Shown here: positions 48,383-58,020 of the stretch, piece after piece
How positions within the stretch are numbered: position 1 is the stretch's first letter
Layout: each line of letters opens with the position of its first letter
IMG/VR virus record: IMGVR_UViG_3300011006_000010
Coordinates: 1-64,000 of that record
Direction: 5' to 3' (one strand)
DNA length: 64,000 nt
Origin: a virus
Taxonomy: Duplodnaviria; Caudoviricetes
Notes under the pieces: generated by a model
The model's input: only the letters and a program-made list of their open reading frames with translations
Told to the model about the DNA's origin: nothing
Database searches by the model: none
Program-made: the position numbers and the translations under genes

Positions 48383-50194
48383 ATGAGTTTACAAGTATGG
48401 CTTCCGTTAACAAAGGATTTAAGAAATCAGGGAGTAGGAGACGTAACAGTTACGAATAATGGAGCGACGTATTCGTCTACAGGGGGAAAATTAGGAGGAA
48501 CATATTATTTTGATGGAAATAAACAGTGGTTTCAATTAAGCGAATCATTCGGTGATTTTTATAATAATGATTGGTCGTGCGCAGTCTGGCTTAAACCTAC
48601 TGATAGTACTAGAAGTGTAATAATTTCTGAGTATGGTGGTACTGGTGCGTCTAATGTAGCGATTGAATTAACCGCTTCCAGGGTAGTGAGGGTGTATTGG
48701 GCTGGTAGTCCAGATGTGACTTTTACTACTGCCGGTGCATTAGCATTAGATGCATGGACTCATGTGGTAGTCTGTAAGTCTAGTGGACAATTACAGCTTT
48801 ATTTAAATGGAAGTTTGGCTCAAACTTATACTGGCACGTTGGCAAGTCATACAAGCAACTGTCAACCTAGAATCGGAGATGATTATAGAGGCAATTCAGC
48901 AAACACAGTGAGTTATCAGGGATATATGAACGATTTCCGACTCTACGACCACTGTCTCTCCCCAATGGAAGTTAAGCAACTCTCCAAGGGACTTGTATTA
49001 CATTATCCTTTGAATAGACAGGGTTGGGGACAGGAGAATTTAGTTTGGAACTCAAATTGGAACCTACATTCGACCACCCCTCCAGAGAATTGGACTAATT
49101 GGGGTTCACCTCCAACAAGAGAGGTAATAACAATTAATGGGAAAAATTGGTTGCATGTGATAAGTAACACAACAACTTTTCAAGGCTATTCTCAAAATTG
49201 GACTAAGAGAAATGGCGTAGGTGAAATTAGTGAAAATACAAAGCTAACAGTTAGTTTTACTGCTTATTTGGCTACAGCTGCAACTATTGCTCCAATTGGA
49301 ATACATTGGTGTAATTCATCTGGGACAATAGTTACTCAAAACTGGACTACCACTGCATTGACCACAACACCACAACGATATAGCTTTACTTATACTACAC
49401 CAAGTGGATGCGTCGGCTTTAATATTATGGTGGGTGATAATACTAATGCTGCTCATGAGGTTTGGATTACAGATATAAAACTTGAAAAAGGTTCAATCGC
49501 AACTCCGTGGTGTCCGAACTCCGCAGACACCCTCTATACAACAATGGGTCTCAATGGAACTACGGAGTATGATACGTCGGGGTATTGTAATAATGGAAGC
49601 AAAATGACCACTACTCTAACATATTCCTCTGATACATCAAAATATAATGTATCAACTTACTTCAATGGAACCTATGACGGTATCTTAATTGAAAACTTAA
49701 CTCTTTCAGATATAATCAACTCTGCTGTCACCTATGCTTTCTGGATTAAACCAGATGGTGAAAGTGGCGCAAGGTCAGTATATTTTGGAAGTTATTCTGG
49801 TGTTAGTTGGTCTATTGAAAAGACTACTGGCAATGTATTACGTTTATACTGGAATGGCTCACCAGATGAAACTTGTACTGGTGCAACTATTACAGATGGA
49901 GTTTGGCAACATGTATGTATTACAAAGAGCGGAACTAGTGATATAAAAGTCTATATTAATGGGGTACAAAAGTGGAGTTCTACTGCTACCCATAGTAGTT
50001 TAACCTTTCCAACCACATATGGAATTGGAAGAGATAGTAGAAGTAATGATGGTACGCCATATAAGGGTTATATGTCCGATTTCCGCATTTATGCAACTGC
50101 CCTATCTGCCGAAGATGTCGCAAATTTATATTCTGTATCATCTGCTATAGATTCTAATGGAAATGTATATAGCGCAGCTTATATAGAAAGTTAG
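48383..50194 (+). CDS. LamG/concanavalin-A-like lectin domain protein with central CBM-like insert
   Basis: Two LamG-type motifs (WTHVVV...LYLNG...GYMNDFRLY; WQHVCIT...VYING...MSDFRIY); IKLEKGSIATPW CBM end motif. Confidence 0.8.
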   Translation: MSLQVWLPLTKDLRNQGVGDVTVTNNGATYSSTGGKLGGTYYFDGNKQWFQLSESFGDFYNNDWSCAVWLKPTDSTRSVIISEYGGTGASNVAIELTASRVVRVYWAGSPDVTFTTAGALALDAWTHVVVCKSSGQLQLYLNGSLAQTYTGTLASHTSNCQPRIGDDYRGNSANTVSYQGYMNDFRLYDHCLSPMEVKQLSKGLVLHYPLNRQGWGQENLVWNSNWNLHSTTPPENWTNWGSPPTREVITINGKNWLHVISNTTTFQGYSQNWTKRNGVGEISENTKLTVSFTAYLATAATIAPIGIHWCNSSGTIVTQNWTTTALTTTPQRYSFTYTTPSGCVGFNIMVGDNTNAAHEVWITDIKLEKGSIATPWCPNSADTLYTTMGLNGTTEYDTSGYCNNGSKMTTTLTYSSDTSKYNVSTYFNGTYDGILIENLTLSDIINSAVTYAFWIKPDGESGARSVYFGSYSGVSWSIEKTTGNVLRLYWNGSPDETCTGATITDGVWQHVCITKSGTSDIKVYINGVQKWSSTATHSSLTFPTTYGIGRDSRSNDGTPYKGYMSDFRIYATALSAEDVANLYSVSSAIDSNGNVYSAAYIES

Positions 50195-50203
50195 GTAAAA
50201 CAC

Positions 50204-50800
50204 ATGGCAAATCCGAATATAAATAAACAGGGAATATGGACGGTAGAGAATATTTATGAAAATTGGGCTTTTCAGATTCAAGAAGACACCGCAGGTTCGT
50301 CAAGTTATACTCCTACTACAGGAACAAATTCAACTATAAATGATGACTATAAGAAGGTAATGTTTACAGACTATAGTGCAGGAGATGCGTTTGCAGTTAC
50401 AATTAAAATACAGTACAGTGGATTTGACGAGTCTAATGAAAGTGGTACTTTCGCCTTGCGTTTTCAAGGCAAAAATTATAATACATCGGCAGAAGCATGG
50501 CAATGGGCTGGTACTAATCCTATTGCAGCAGCTCTAAATACGCAAAGGTCGCCGCGAACAGAAGTGCTATCTCAAAGTTCAGGCACATACGTTTACAAAA
50601 CATCTTTTACTTTAACGTCTACTTTTTTAGAAACATATAGCGGTTCTACACTTGGTATGCGGTCGGATTACTCGAACGGAACCGGGCAAATAACTATAAG
50701 TGATTTTATAGTAACTCCAATCAAATCAGCAAATATTGAACCTGGTAAGGCAAAAATTGGGGAAGACTATATGACAACTAATGAGTTTTATGAAATATAG
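50204..50800 (+). CDS. Putative carbohydrate-binding fibre-associated protein
   Basis: Beta-rich, 198 aa, ends NEFYEI; same frame as both neighbours. Confidence 0.5.
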   Translation: MANPNINKQGIWTVENIYENWAFQIQEDTAGSSSYTPTTGTNSTINDDYKKVMFTDYSAGDAFAVTIKIQYSGFDESNESGTFALRFQGKNYNTSAEAWQWAGTNPIAAALNTQRSPRTEVLSQSSGTYVYKTSFTLTSTFLETYSGSTLGMRSDYSNGTGQITISDFIVTPIKSANIEPGKAKIGEDYMTTNEFYEI

Positions 50801-50815
50801 AACAGAGGTAAGAAA

Positions 50816-51664
50816 ATGAGAATTAAAGCAATTATTAATGATAGATATGAATTGTCTCTGATTGATTTTCCAACAAGGACTTTTGCTCAAGATCCAGTTT
50901 TGAAGATTCAATCAACGGATTTGGATTACATCAAAACGATTTTAAGTAGCATTCAAAAAATTGAAGTGTATTTTGGAGACCAGCTAATTGCAACCACTAC
51001 GGATTATGATAGTTACTCTTCGATTCAATATCTTGGCGCGGTTTTTTGTGAATCGGAACAAAAATTTGCTGAATGTCTTCAGGTGTCATTGACAAAGGTT
51101 AGTATTGTAGAACAGCTAAATAGGATCGAAGAAAAAATTGACAACACTGTTGATATTGACAGCATGTCCGTAGAAGAATATAAAGGGTATCTTCTTAAAG
51201 AAATATCTGCTTTAGGCGAAGCACAGATTTTTGAGGGAACTGGCGTTGTGTTGTCTGATGGGACTTCTAAGGTGTTTACATATAATCTAGAAGACCAAAG
51301 CAATATCACTCAGGCTATTGCCTTATGTAAAGAGCTTGATGATCCTATGATGCTTTATCCGTATCATTCTCATGGAGAAATATGTTCTTTATATTCCGTA
51401 ACCGATATTTACATTATCTACGTGACTCTTCAAATGATGAGTGTTCAAGTTCAGACAAGAGTTAATCTTTTAATGAATTATATTAGAACTATTCAAACTA
51501 AAGAAGAGTTATTAGACATTACATATGAAACCGCTCTTCCTGACGCCTATCAGAATAGGTATGATGAAATCATTGCTGCAAGTATGGAAATCATGGAGCG
51601 ATTAAAGGATAAATATCTTCCAAATTTAGATGTAGAAGATGAAGAACAAAGCAATGAAGAATAA
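50816..51664 (+). CDS. Tail-fibre-associated protein (DUF4376-like C-terminal half)
   Basis: FTYNLEDQSNI...YPYH...C.LYS..DI motif; location among fibre genes. Confidence 0.5.
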   Translation: MRIKAIINDRYELSLIDFPTRTFAQDPVLKIQSTDLDYIKTILSSIQKIEVYFGDQLIATTTDYDSYSSIQYLGAVFCESEQKFAECLQVSLTKVSIVEQLNRIEEKIDNTVDIDSMSVEEYKGYLLKEISALGEAQIFEGTGVVLSDGTSKVFTYNLEDQSNITQAIALCKELDDPMMLYPYHSHGEICSLYSVTDIYIIYVTLQMMSVQVQTRVNLLMNYIRTIQTKEELLDITYETALPDAYQNRYDEIIAASMEIMERLKDKYLPNLDVEDEEQSNEE

Positions 51665-52106
51665 ATTTAAAAGATTAATAATAACTAGTCTTATTGGACT
51701 TTTTAGTTCAATTGTATATTGTTTTATTGAGATTATGGCGAGAGGCTATACGCATTATAGTATGGCTATTCTCGCCTTTATTTGTGGGATAGGTTTGATG
51801 TTTTTAAATGACACTGTTTTGGAATATGATACTTATTTTGAAATTCAGGTATTATTTGGGACTTTATTATGCACCACCTTAGAATATATATTTGGTTTGA
51901 TGTTTAATAGTAATTTTTCTGTATGGGACTATCGAAATTTGCCATTTACATTGCATTTTTTAGATGATCAAGTAAATATAATGTTTTGTTTTGCATGGAT
52001 GTTAATCTGCATTTTTGGCATTCCTCTTCTCGATTATTTGCAATATAAAGCAGGACTAGGTGATAAGCCTCATTATAGATTTTTAATCAAAACAAAAATG
52101 AAATAA
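51639..52106 (+). CDS. Four-TM membrane protein (CmpB/DUF1113-like 'putative ABC permease')
   Basis: Four hydrophobic segments; IEI..RGYTH.SM, T.LEY..G and VWDYRNLPF motifs. Confidence 0.7.
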   Translation: MKNKAMKNKFKRLIITSLIGLFSSIVYCFIEIMARGYTHYSMAILAFICGIGLMFLNDTVLEYDTYFEIQVLFGTLLCTTLEYIFGLMFNSNFSVWDYRNLPFTLHFLDDQVNIMFCFAWMLICIFGIPLLDYLQYKAGLGDKPHYRFLIKTKMK

Positions 52107-52118
52107 AAGGAGAAACAT

Positions 52119-52607
52119 ATGATTATTACAAAAACACTTCAAGGAATTGTGGCGTTAAATATGGACGCTTGGTATGCACAAGATGAAACAATAAAGAAAT
52201 TAGACAAAATGCCATTAAAATTTCAATGGACATTGAGAAAGAACATGAAACATTTAAGTGAAGTTGCCGATGAGTTTAAAACATTTAGAGATGAATTAAT
52301 TCAAAAACGCAACAATGAGTGGTTCGTTGAGGGAAATGGTAAATGTGAAAAGTCTATTGAAAAGAATAAAGATGGTGAGGACGTTGAAATGCTAAAAATC
52401 CTCCCTGATCATCTTGATGAATTTAAACAATACGAGGCTGAAATGAATTCAAGTTTGCAGGATATTCTCTTAGAAGAAGAAGATTACGCGTTTACAGAAA
52501 TAGACATTGAATCTGTTATTGATGCTTCGGAAGAGAAAGATGCAGGAATTAAAATGAGTGATTTGGATATGTTAAGTTTATTTACATGCGATGAGGAGAG
52601 TGAATAA
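52119..52607 (+). CDS. Hypothetical acidic protein
   Basis: SD AAGGAG; 162 aa. Confidence 0.65.
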   Translation: MIITKTLQGIVALNMDAWYAQDETIKKLDKMPLKFQWTLRKNMKHLSEVADEFKTFRDELIQKRNNEWFVEGNGKCEKSIEKNKDGEDVEMLKILPDHLDEFKQYEAEMNSSLQDILLEEEDYAFTEIDIESVIDASEEKDAGIKMSDLDMLSLFTCDEESE

Positions 52608-52623
52608 TATCACTCTCTTTTTT
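52595..52623 (+). terminator. Intrinsic terminator overlapping the upstream stop, mutually exclusive with an anti-SD hairpin
   Basis: GGAGAGTGA-ATAATA-TCACTCTCT-TTTTT. Confidence 0.6.
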
Positions 52624-52641
52624 AGAAGGGAGTGATAACTA

Positions 52642-55600
52642 TTGGCTTATCTTGGAAACACCGTAATTAATGGTTCGTTAAGGTGTCTTAACAAAAGTTA
52701 TTTTGGAGATATATCAGTAAGTGGGACTACTACGTTTGCATCTTTAGAAGTGACTGGAAATGCAACCATTTCTGGTGGGACATTAACTGTTGGTAATAGC
52801 AGCACAACTTCAACTTTATATTTATATGGCAAGAACGCCTTGTATGCTATGGATAGTTGGCTGAGGATAAATAGTGCTTCAAGTTTCTCACAAGGTGTTT
52901 ATGTCCCCAGCCTGTTTAGAACAGATGGGAAGTTTCAGGTTGGTGCGAATGGTAACAGACTTTCTGTAACAACCGGTGCTGCGACCTTTGGCGTTCCGAT
53001 TTCGGCTACAACTGCCAACGTTACAAATATAAATTCATCTACAATTTCCAACTCATCAAAAATTACGTCATATGATGTTGAGGTTACTAATGAATTAAAA
53101 TCATACACGTGGGATATTGCGCACGTTGCAAATCTCGCAAACGATTTTACCGTTTCCCCTACTCTTCAACTAGAATCGGGTGCAACAATAACATTCAGTT
53201 CTATCAATACATCAACCAATGTTTGTCAGTTTACAGTTTCGGATTCATCAAGCATATCCAGCTCCAGCTTGGGCGGTGTGACGTGGACTCAGTACTCAAA
53301 AGTTAAATTCACAATGGAATTGAATGGTGTATTGAATACAAATTGTAGTGGTTATTTGACTGCGCAAATGAATTCTACAAGTGGCACGATGCAAATCAAT
53401 GGCACATTGGACACAGTTGACGGACTTGCTACAGGAACCGCATATAGTGCTGAAGGCGCAACTATCATGCTTTATGAAGTTGGTGCCGGAAGTCAATCAA
53501 CAACATATCCTATTGGCATTAGGATGACGGCATATGGCTCAAATAAGAGGAGCTATATCGATATTTACGGTGGCACTTCTGCTAGTTCATGGACTACTCC
53601 ACATGTGAGAATCGGCAATGTCGGCGGATTGACATTTAATGGCAGCACGTTAGATAATCAATGGGGTATTTATACCGATATGGGTTATTTTAGCGGAGCT
53701 ATTGTTTCTACTGAGGGAAAGATTGGTGGATTTACCATTGGAGCATCTAGCATCTATAATGGAACAAACTCTCTGACTAGCACCACTGCTGGTATTTATC
53801 TTGGTACTAATGGTATTAGAAATTATCAAAGCAGTACGGCATATGTTAATATTGCTAGCGGCGTAATTACAGCAAAAGGTGCTAATATAACAGGACAAGT
53901 TACTGCTACAAGTGGTTATATTGGCAATGGCAGTAGCGGTTTTACTATTAATAATACCTCGATTACAAACGGGAAAACTTCTTATAGCGAGACAACGAAT
54001 AATGGCATTTATTTAGGAACAGATGGCATTGGCTTAGGTAAAGGTTTGTTTTATGTCACTTCTGCAGGGGCATTAACGGCTAAATCTGCTACTATTGGTG
54101 GCTGGAGTGTCAATTCTACGTCTATTTACTCTACTGCTAGTACTGCTACGATTTATGGGAACACTAGATCTTCTTATAATAGTGGATCGGGTTTTTATCT
54201 AGGTGGAGATGGCAAATTCGGAGTTGGCAATGGTACGACTAGTTACATTACATATGACGGAAGCAGTTTAAATATGAATGTAACCGCCCTTTCTATTGGT
54301 GGTACAAGTGCTGCTACAACAACAGACACGACTAATGCTGCTAAAACTGCTACAAATTATTTAACCTATGATTCTACGAATGGGATTAAACTGCATAACT
54401 TAAGCGACACAACAGACTATCTGCAAGTTAATTCAACGGCTATTAGGATGTATAGAAATAATGTAGAAAAGATGTATCTTGACGATAGCTCATTTAGAAT
54501 CGGTTCTACTGGAAGCGGAAATTACAATACATATATTACTAGTTCTGGAATTGCTTTAAGAGTGAATACAACTACGTTGGCTAATTTCACTAGTTCAAAT
54601 CTTAGTTATTATTATGGCACAACTGGTAAGACGGCAATGTCTCTTGGAACTTCAAATCTTACATTTTATGAGACTGACGGCTCTACTGTTGCTGCAACGT
54701 TAGGTAGTAACGGACTGGCAATTTCGGCGGGTAGTATTTCTTTAGGCAATAATTTTTCAGTAGATTCTACTGGAAGTATTTCTGCATCAGACGGAACTAT
54801 TGGCGGATGGAATATCTCAAATTCATCACTTGTTGGATACTCAACAGATGCAACGCCGCCAAGCTTAGCAATGTACTCAGGCAATACAACATCTACGCCA
54901 AGAACAGCGTTTATTGGTTCTATGGGTATTTACGGTAAAAATCTGGTAGCTGGAACAATTACTACGCCTAAAATTTCAGGCGGTAAATCTAAAACGATCA
55001 CTGTAAACTTTGCAGATTTCTCAGCTGACGGAACTAGTCCATTCACACAGATTCCTATCGTTGTTGTATGTCCAAGGTCATCAGCGCCTTGGAACTGTGT
55101 TGCTGGAGCTTATGACATTACAACCACATCGTTTAAATGCACGATCAAAAACGAGTCATCAACAAGTATGAAGCGTTCAGTAAACTTTATTGCGTATGCA
55201 TATGATAGCGGATGGACAAACAGAGAGGTTGATGATGATGGAAACTGGAGCACGATCACAGATGTGGACGTAAGCACAAGATATGTAAATGGTATTGACG
55301 CTGGAAACGTTGAAAGTCCAATGGACAAAAAACAAGTCACCGACATTGACTTTAGTTTAACAGAGCTTACTGCAAGTGGCGGAACATCTTATTACCCTAT
55401 TACCGGTGCTGCATCATCTGGTAGATCTATATTCTTTGCTACAAGCAGAACCACAGTTCCATATTCTATATTAAGGAATCCAGCTATCTCTGCCGTATAT
55501 GATAGCACTACAGAAAAAAGCACATATCAAATAAGTGCGTACAGAACAAATACGACGAATTCAATATTTAACTGGATCGGCATAGACATAAGCAGAACAG

Positions 55601-56271
55601 ATGGTCTTGCTGCCTCGTTGAAAAAGTTTGCAGGTGATACTAGTAGTAATTATATTTATGCAGCTGCAACCGAATTAAATATCACAACTACTAGCACAAG
55701 TTCTGTAGCCTCTACAACATGGACTTATGGTGGCACGTTTAGAAATAAACCTTATATTATTACGTGCGTCCTTGATTCGGATGAACCACAGAATGTATAT
55801 TGCTCGGCTTCGACGTATAGCAATTCGGATACAACTGTAACTTCTGCTAAAATCTACGCAATTAATACAAGCACGGTAGGCACCGTAAAAGTTGCGTGCC
55901 TTGCTCTTGATCTTGCAGGTGTCTTGAGTATGTCTGGAGATACTGAAGTTTCCGAATACATTCAGTGCGGTCAGATAAGCATTACACCGAAGGCAAATAC
56001 ACCAACCAGTAAAACACTCACATTCCCAACAAGGTTCGGAGGCACACCAATTGTAATCTGCGGATGTGCTGGAACAGTTCCTGGAACAACCGTTAAGGGT
56101 TGGGGCGTGACGAGCGTCAGTAGTAAAAGCGCAAAGTTCTGGACATACAGAACGAACACAACGGCTGTTGTATTAAACTGGGTTGCTGTTGATATCGGGG
56201 CAATTCTTGCCAAAGACGTCGACAACTATACAGATACAAATGACGCAGAAGGCGAAGAAGATGAAACATAA
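52642..56271 (+). CDS. Tail fibre/receptor-binding protein with C-terminal H-type-lectin-like repeats
   Basis: TTG start with SD; repeated G.IGG(F/W).I motifs; C-terminal repeats of T.TFP..F...P.V...(F/L)NW.A type. Confidence 0.7.
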   Translation: MAYLGNTVINGSLRCLNKSYFGDISVSGTTTFASLEVTGNATISGGTLTVGNSSTTSTLYLYGKNALYAMDSWLRINSASSFSQGVYVPSLFRTDGKFQVGANGNRLSVTTGAATFGVPISATTANVTNINSSTISNSSKITSYDVEVTNELKSYTWDIAHVANLANDFTVSPTLQLESGATITFSSINTSTNVCQFTVSDSSSISSSSLGGVTWTQYSKVKFTMELNGVLNTNCSGYLTAQMNSTSGTMQINGTLDTVDGLATGTAYSAEGATIMLYEVGAGSQSTTYPIGIRMTAYGSNKRSYIDIYGGTSASSWTTPHVRIGNVGGLTFNGSTLDNQWGIYTDMGYFSGAIVSTEGKIGGFTIGASSIYNGTNSLTSTTAGIYLGTNGIRNYQSSTAYVNIASGVITAKGANITGQVTATSGYIGNGSSGFTINNTSITNGKTSYSETTNNGIYLGTDGIGLGKGLFYVTSAGALTAKSATIGGWSVNSTSIYSTASTATIYGNTRSSYNSGSGFYLGGDGKFGVGNGTTSYITYDGSSLNMNVTALSIGGTSAATTTDTTNAAKTATNYLTYDSTNGIKLHNLSDTTDYLQVNSTAIRMYRNNVEKMYLDDSSFRIGSTGSGNYNTYITSSGIALRVNTTTLANFTSSNLSYYYGTTGKTAMSLGTSNLTFYETDGSTVAATLGSNGLAISAGSISLGNNFSVDSTGSISASDGTIGGWNISNSSLVGYSTDATPPSLAMYSGNTTSTPRTAFIGSMGIYGKNLVAGTITTPKISGGKSKTITVNFADFSADGTSPFTQIPIVVVCPRSSAPWNCVAGAYDITTTSFKCTIKNESSTSMKRSVNFIAYAYDSGWTNREVDDDGNWSTITDVDVSTRYVNGIDAGNVESPMDKKQVTDIDFSLTELTASGGTSYYPITGAASSGRSIFFATSRTTVPYSILRNPAISAVYDSTTEKSTYQISAYRTNTTNSIFNWIGIDISRTDGLAASLKKFAGDTSSNYIYAAATELNITTTSTSSVASTTWTYGGTFRNKPYIITCVLDSDEPQNVYCSASTYSNSDTTVTSAKIYAINTSTVGTVKVACLALDLAGVLSMSGDTEVSEYIQCGQISITPKANTPTSKTLTFPTRFGGTPIVICGCAGTVPGTTVKGWGVTSVSSKSAKFWTYRTNTTAVVLNWVAVDIGAILAKDVDNYTDTNDAEGEEDET

Positions 56272-56283
56272 TACTAAAATCAC

Positions 56284-56309
56284 AGAGACACCGTGCGGGT
56301 GTCTCTTTT
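56284..56309 (+). terminator. Intrinsic terminator
   Basis: AGAGACACC-GTGCG-GGTGTCTCT-TTT. Confidence 0.75.
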
Positions 56310-56338
56310 CAATCTATGGAAACGAAGGAGGAGTCTAA

Positions 56339-56680
56339 ATGATTTCTATCGATTCAACCACTAATAAAATCACGATGACACGCTCAGACTCTTTGATCGT
56401 GACTGTAACTCCATATACTTCTGACGGTGAAGTCTATGAACCTGATGAAGGCGATTATATTCGCTTTGCCATGTCAAAGAAATACCTTGGACAAAGCGGT
56501 TATCAGCTATGTGTTACCAAGGAGATTCCTACTGACACATTCATTCTGGAACTGGAGCCAGAAGATACGAGCGCTCTTGCATACGGCACGTACAACTACG
56601 ATATTGAGCTGACACATGCGGACGGCAGAGTCGATACATATATTTCTTCAACGATCACTCTAAATAAAGAGGTGAAGTAG
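56339..56680 (+). CDS. BppU-N-like baseplate/fibre adaptor
   Basis: I.MTRSDS...L.PEDT..L.YG.Y.YDIEL...DG.VDT pattern. Confidence 0.6.
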   Translation: MISIDSTTNKITMTRSDSLIVTVTPYTSDGEVYEPDEGDYIRFAMSKKYLGQSGYQLCVTKEIPTDTFILELEPEDTSALAYGTYNYDIELTHADGRVDTYISSTITLNKEVK

Positions 56681-56681
56681 G

Positions 56682-56942
56682 ATGAACGGAAATGTTACCC
56701 TGAATGGTACGTTAAGCGGCACATTGGTTTCATCCTCTGATGGTCTTTCTGGAACGCTGTCAGGCGGATCAATGAATGGAACACTGACAGTCCCTGCATC
56801 ACTTGCCTCAAACAAAGACTACGAAAAGCTAAAAAACAAGCCTCAAATCGAGACAGTTGAGCTTGTAGGGAACAAATCGTTTGAAGACCTTGGGTTACAG
56901 CCTATCGAGAATACGGAGTTAATGGAGTTACTTACATTATAA
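56682..56942 (+). CDS. Small fibre-associated protein
   Basis: LSGTL repeats; DYEKLKNKPQIE.VEL.GNKS..DLGL motif. Confidence 0.6.
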   Translation: MNGNVTLNGTLSGTLVSSSDGLSGTLSGGSMNGTLTVPASLASNKDYEKLKNKPQIETVELVGNKSFEDLGLQPIENTELMELLTL

Positions 56943-56955
56943 GGGGGATTTATAT

Positions 56956-58002
56956 ATGGCATTAAAATACTTAGATTATAACGGTGTTGCATATTTGTGG
57001 CAGAAGATCATCAATGCTTTAAACGGGAAGGTCGACACAGAGACAGGTAAAGGCTTGTCGTCTAACGATTACACTTCCAGTGAAAAGACTAAACTTGCTA
57101 ATGTAGAATCCGGCGCACAGGTAAACGTTTTGGAAGGCATTCAGAAAAACGGCACAACCGTTACTATTACAAATAAGATCGCAAATATTTCTGTACCAAC
57201 AGCCACAAGTGATCTAACAAACGACAGCGGATTCATCACTTCAGCAGACGTTCCAGATGGTGCAGCAGCATCTACCGCTACACCATTGATGGATGGCACT
57301 GCAGCAGTCGGCACATCAACAGCATTCGCGAGAGGAGACCACGTTCACCCAACAGACACATCAAGAGCAAGCGCAAGTGACCTGAGCGCTCTTGACACTA
57401 GAGTTGGAACCTTGGAAACGGCTGTAGGAACTGGCGGTTCAGTCGATACTAAAATTCAGACAGCTATTGAAGATCTTGATTCAAGTATCGCTTCGACATC
57501 GAATCAGGCTATCGCCTCTGTAACAGTTGTAGATGGTAAGATTACAAACAGTACAAAAATCACCGTTCCAACAAATAACAACCAGCTGACAAATGGCGCC
57601 GGATATCAGACCGCAAGCGATGTTTCTACTGCAATTGCAGGTAAAGCCGATTCTGCTACTACTCTTTCAGGTTATGGCATCACAGATGCTTACACTCAGA
57701 CCCAGGTACAGAATTATGTTGCAGGTCTAGGATATCAGACTGCAAGTGATGTATCATCTGCTATTTCCTCAGCGATTACTACAGTAATGGATTACAAAGG
57801 CACTGTTGCTACAGTTGCAGCTCTTCCTGCAACAGGAAACAAGAATGGTGATGTGTACCATGTTACGGCAAACAACGGTGAATATGCATGGGATGGTTCT
57901 ACATGGCAGGAGCTGGGTTCTACAATCGACCTGAGTGGCTACGTTGAAGATTCAGACCTTGTGTCTATTACAAACGCAGAAATCGACACAATCACAGCAT
58001 AG
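56956..58002 (+). CDS. Fibre protein (head/tail fibre-like)
   Basis: KVD...GKGLSSNDYT..EK.KL, SDLTNDSGFIT, ARGDHVHP and TTLSGYGITDAYT fibre motifs. Confidence 0.7.
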   Translation: MALKYLDYNGVAYLWQKIINALNGKVDTETGKGLSSNDYTSSEKTKLANVESGAQVNVLEGIQKNGTTVTITNKIANISVPTATSDLTNDSGFITSADVPDGAAASTATPLMDGTAAVGTSTAFARGDHVHPTDTSRASASDLSALDTRVGTLETAVGTGGSVDTKIQTAIEDLDSSIASTSNQAIASVTVVDGKITNSTKITVPTNNNQLTNGAGYQTASDVSTAIAGKADSATTLSGYGITDAYTQTQVQNYVAGLGYQTASDVSSAISSAITTVMDYKGTVATVAALPATGNKNGDVYHVTANNGEYAWDGSTWQELGSTIDLSGYVEDSDLVSITNAEIDTITA

Positions 58003-58020
58003 TAAAGGAGGCTATTCAAA

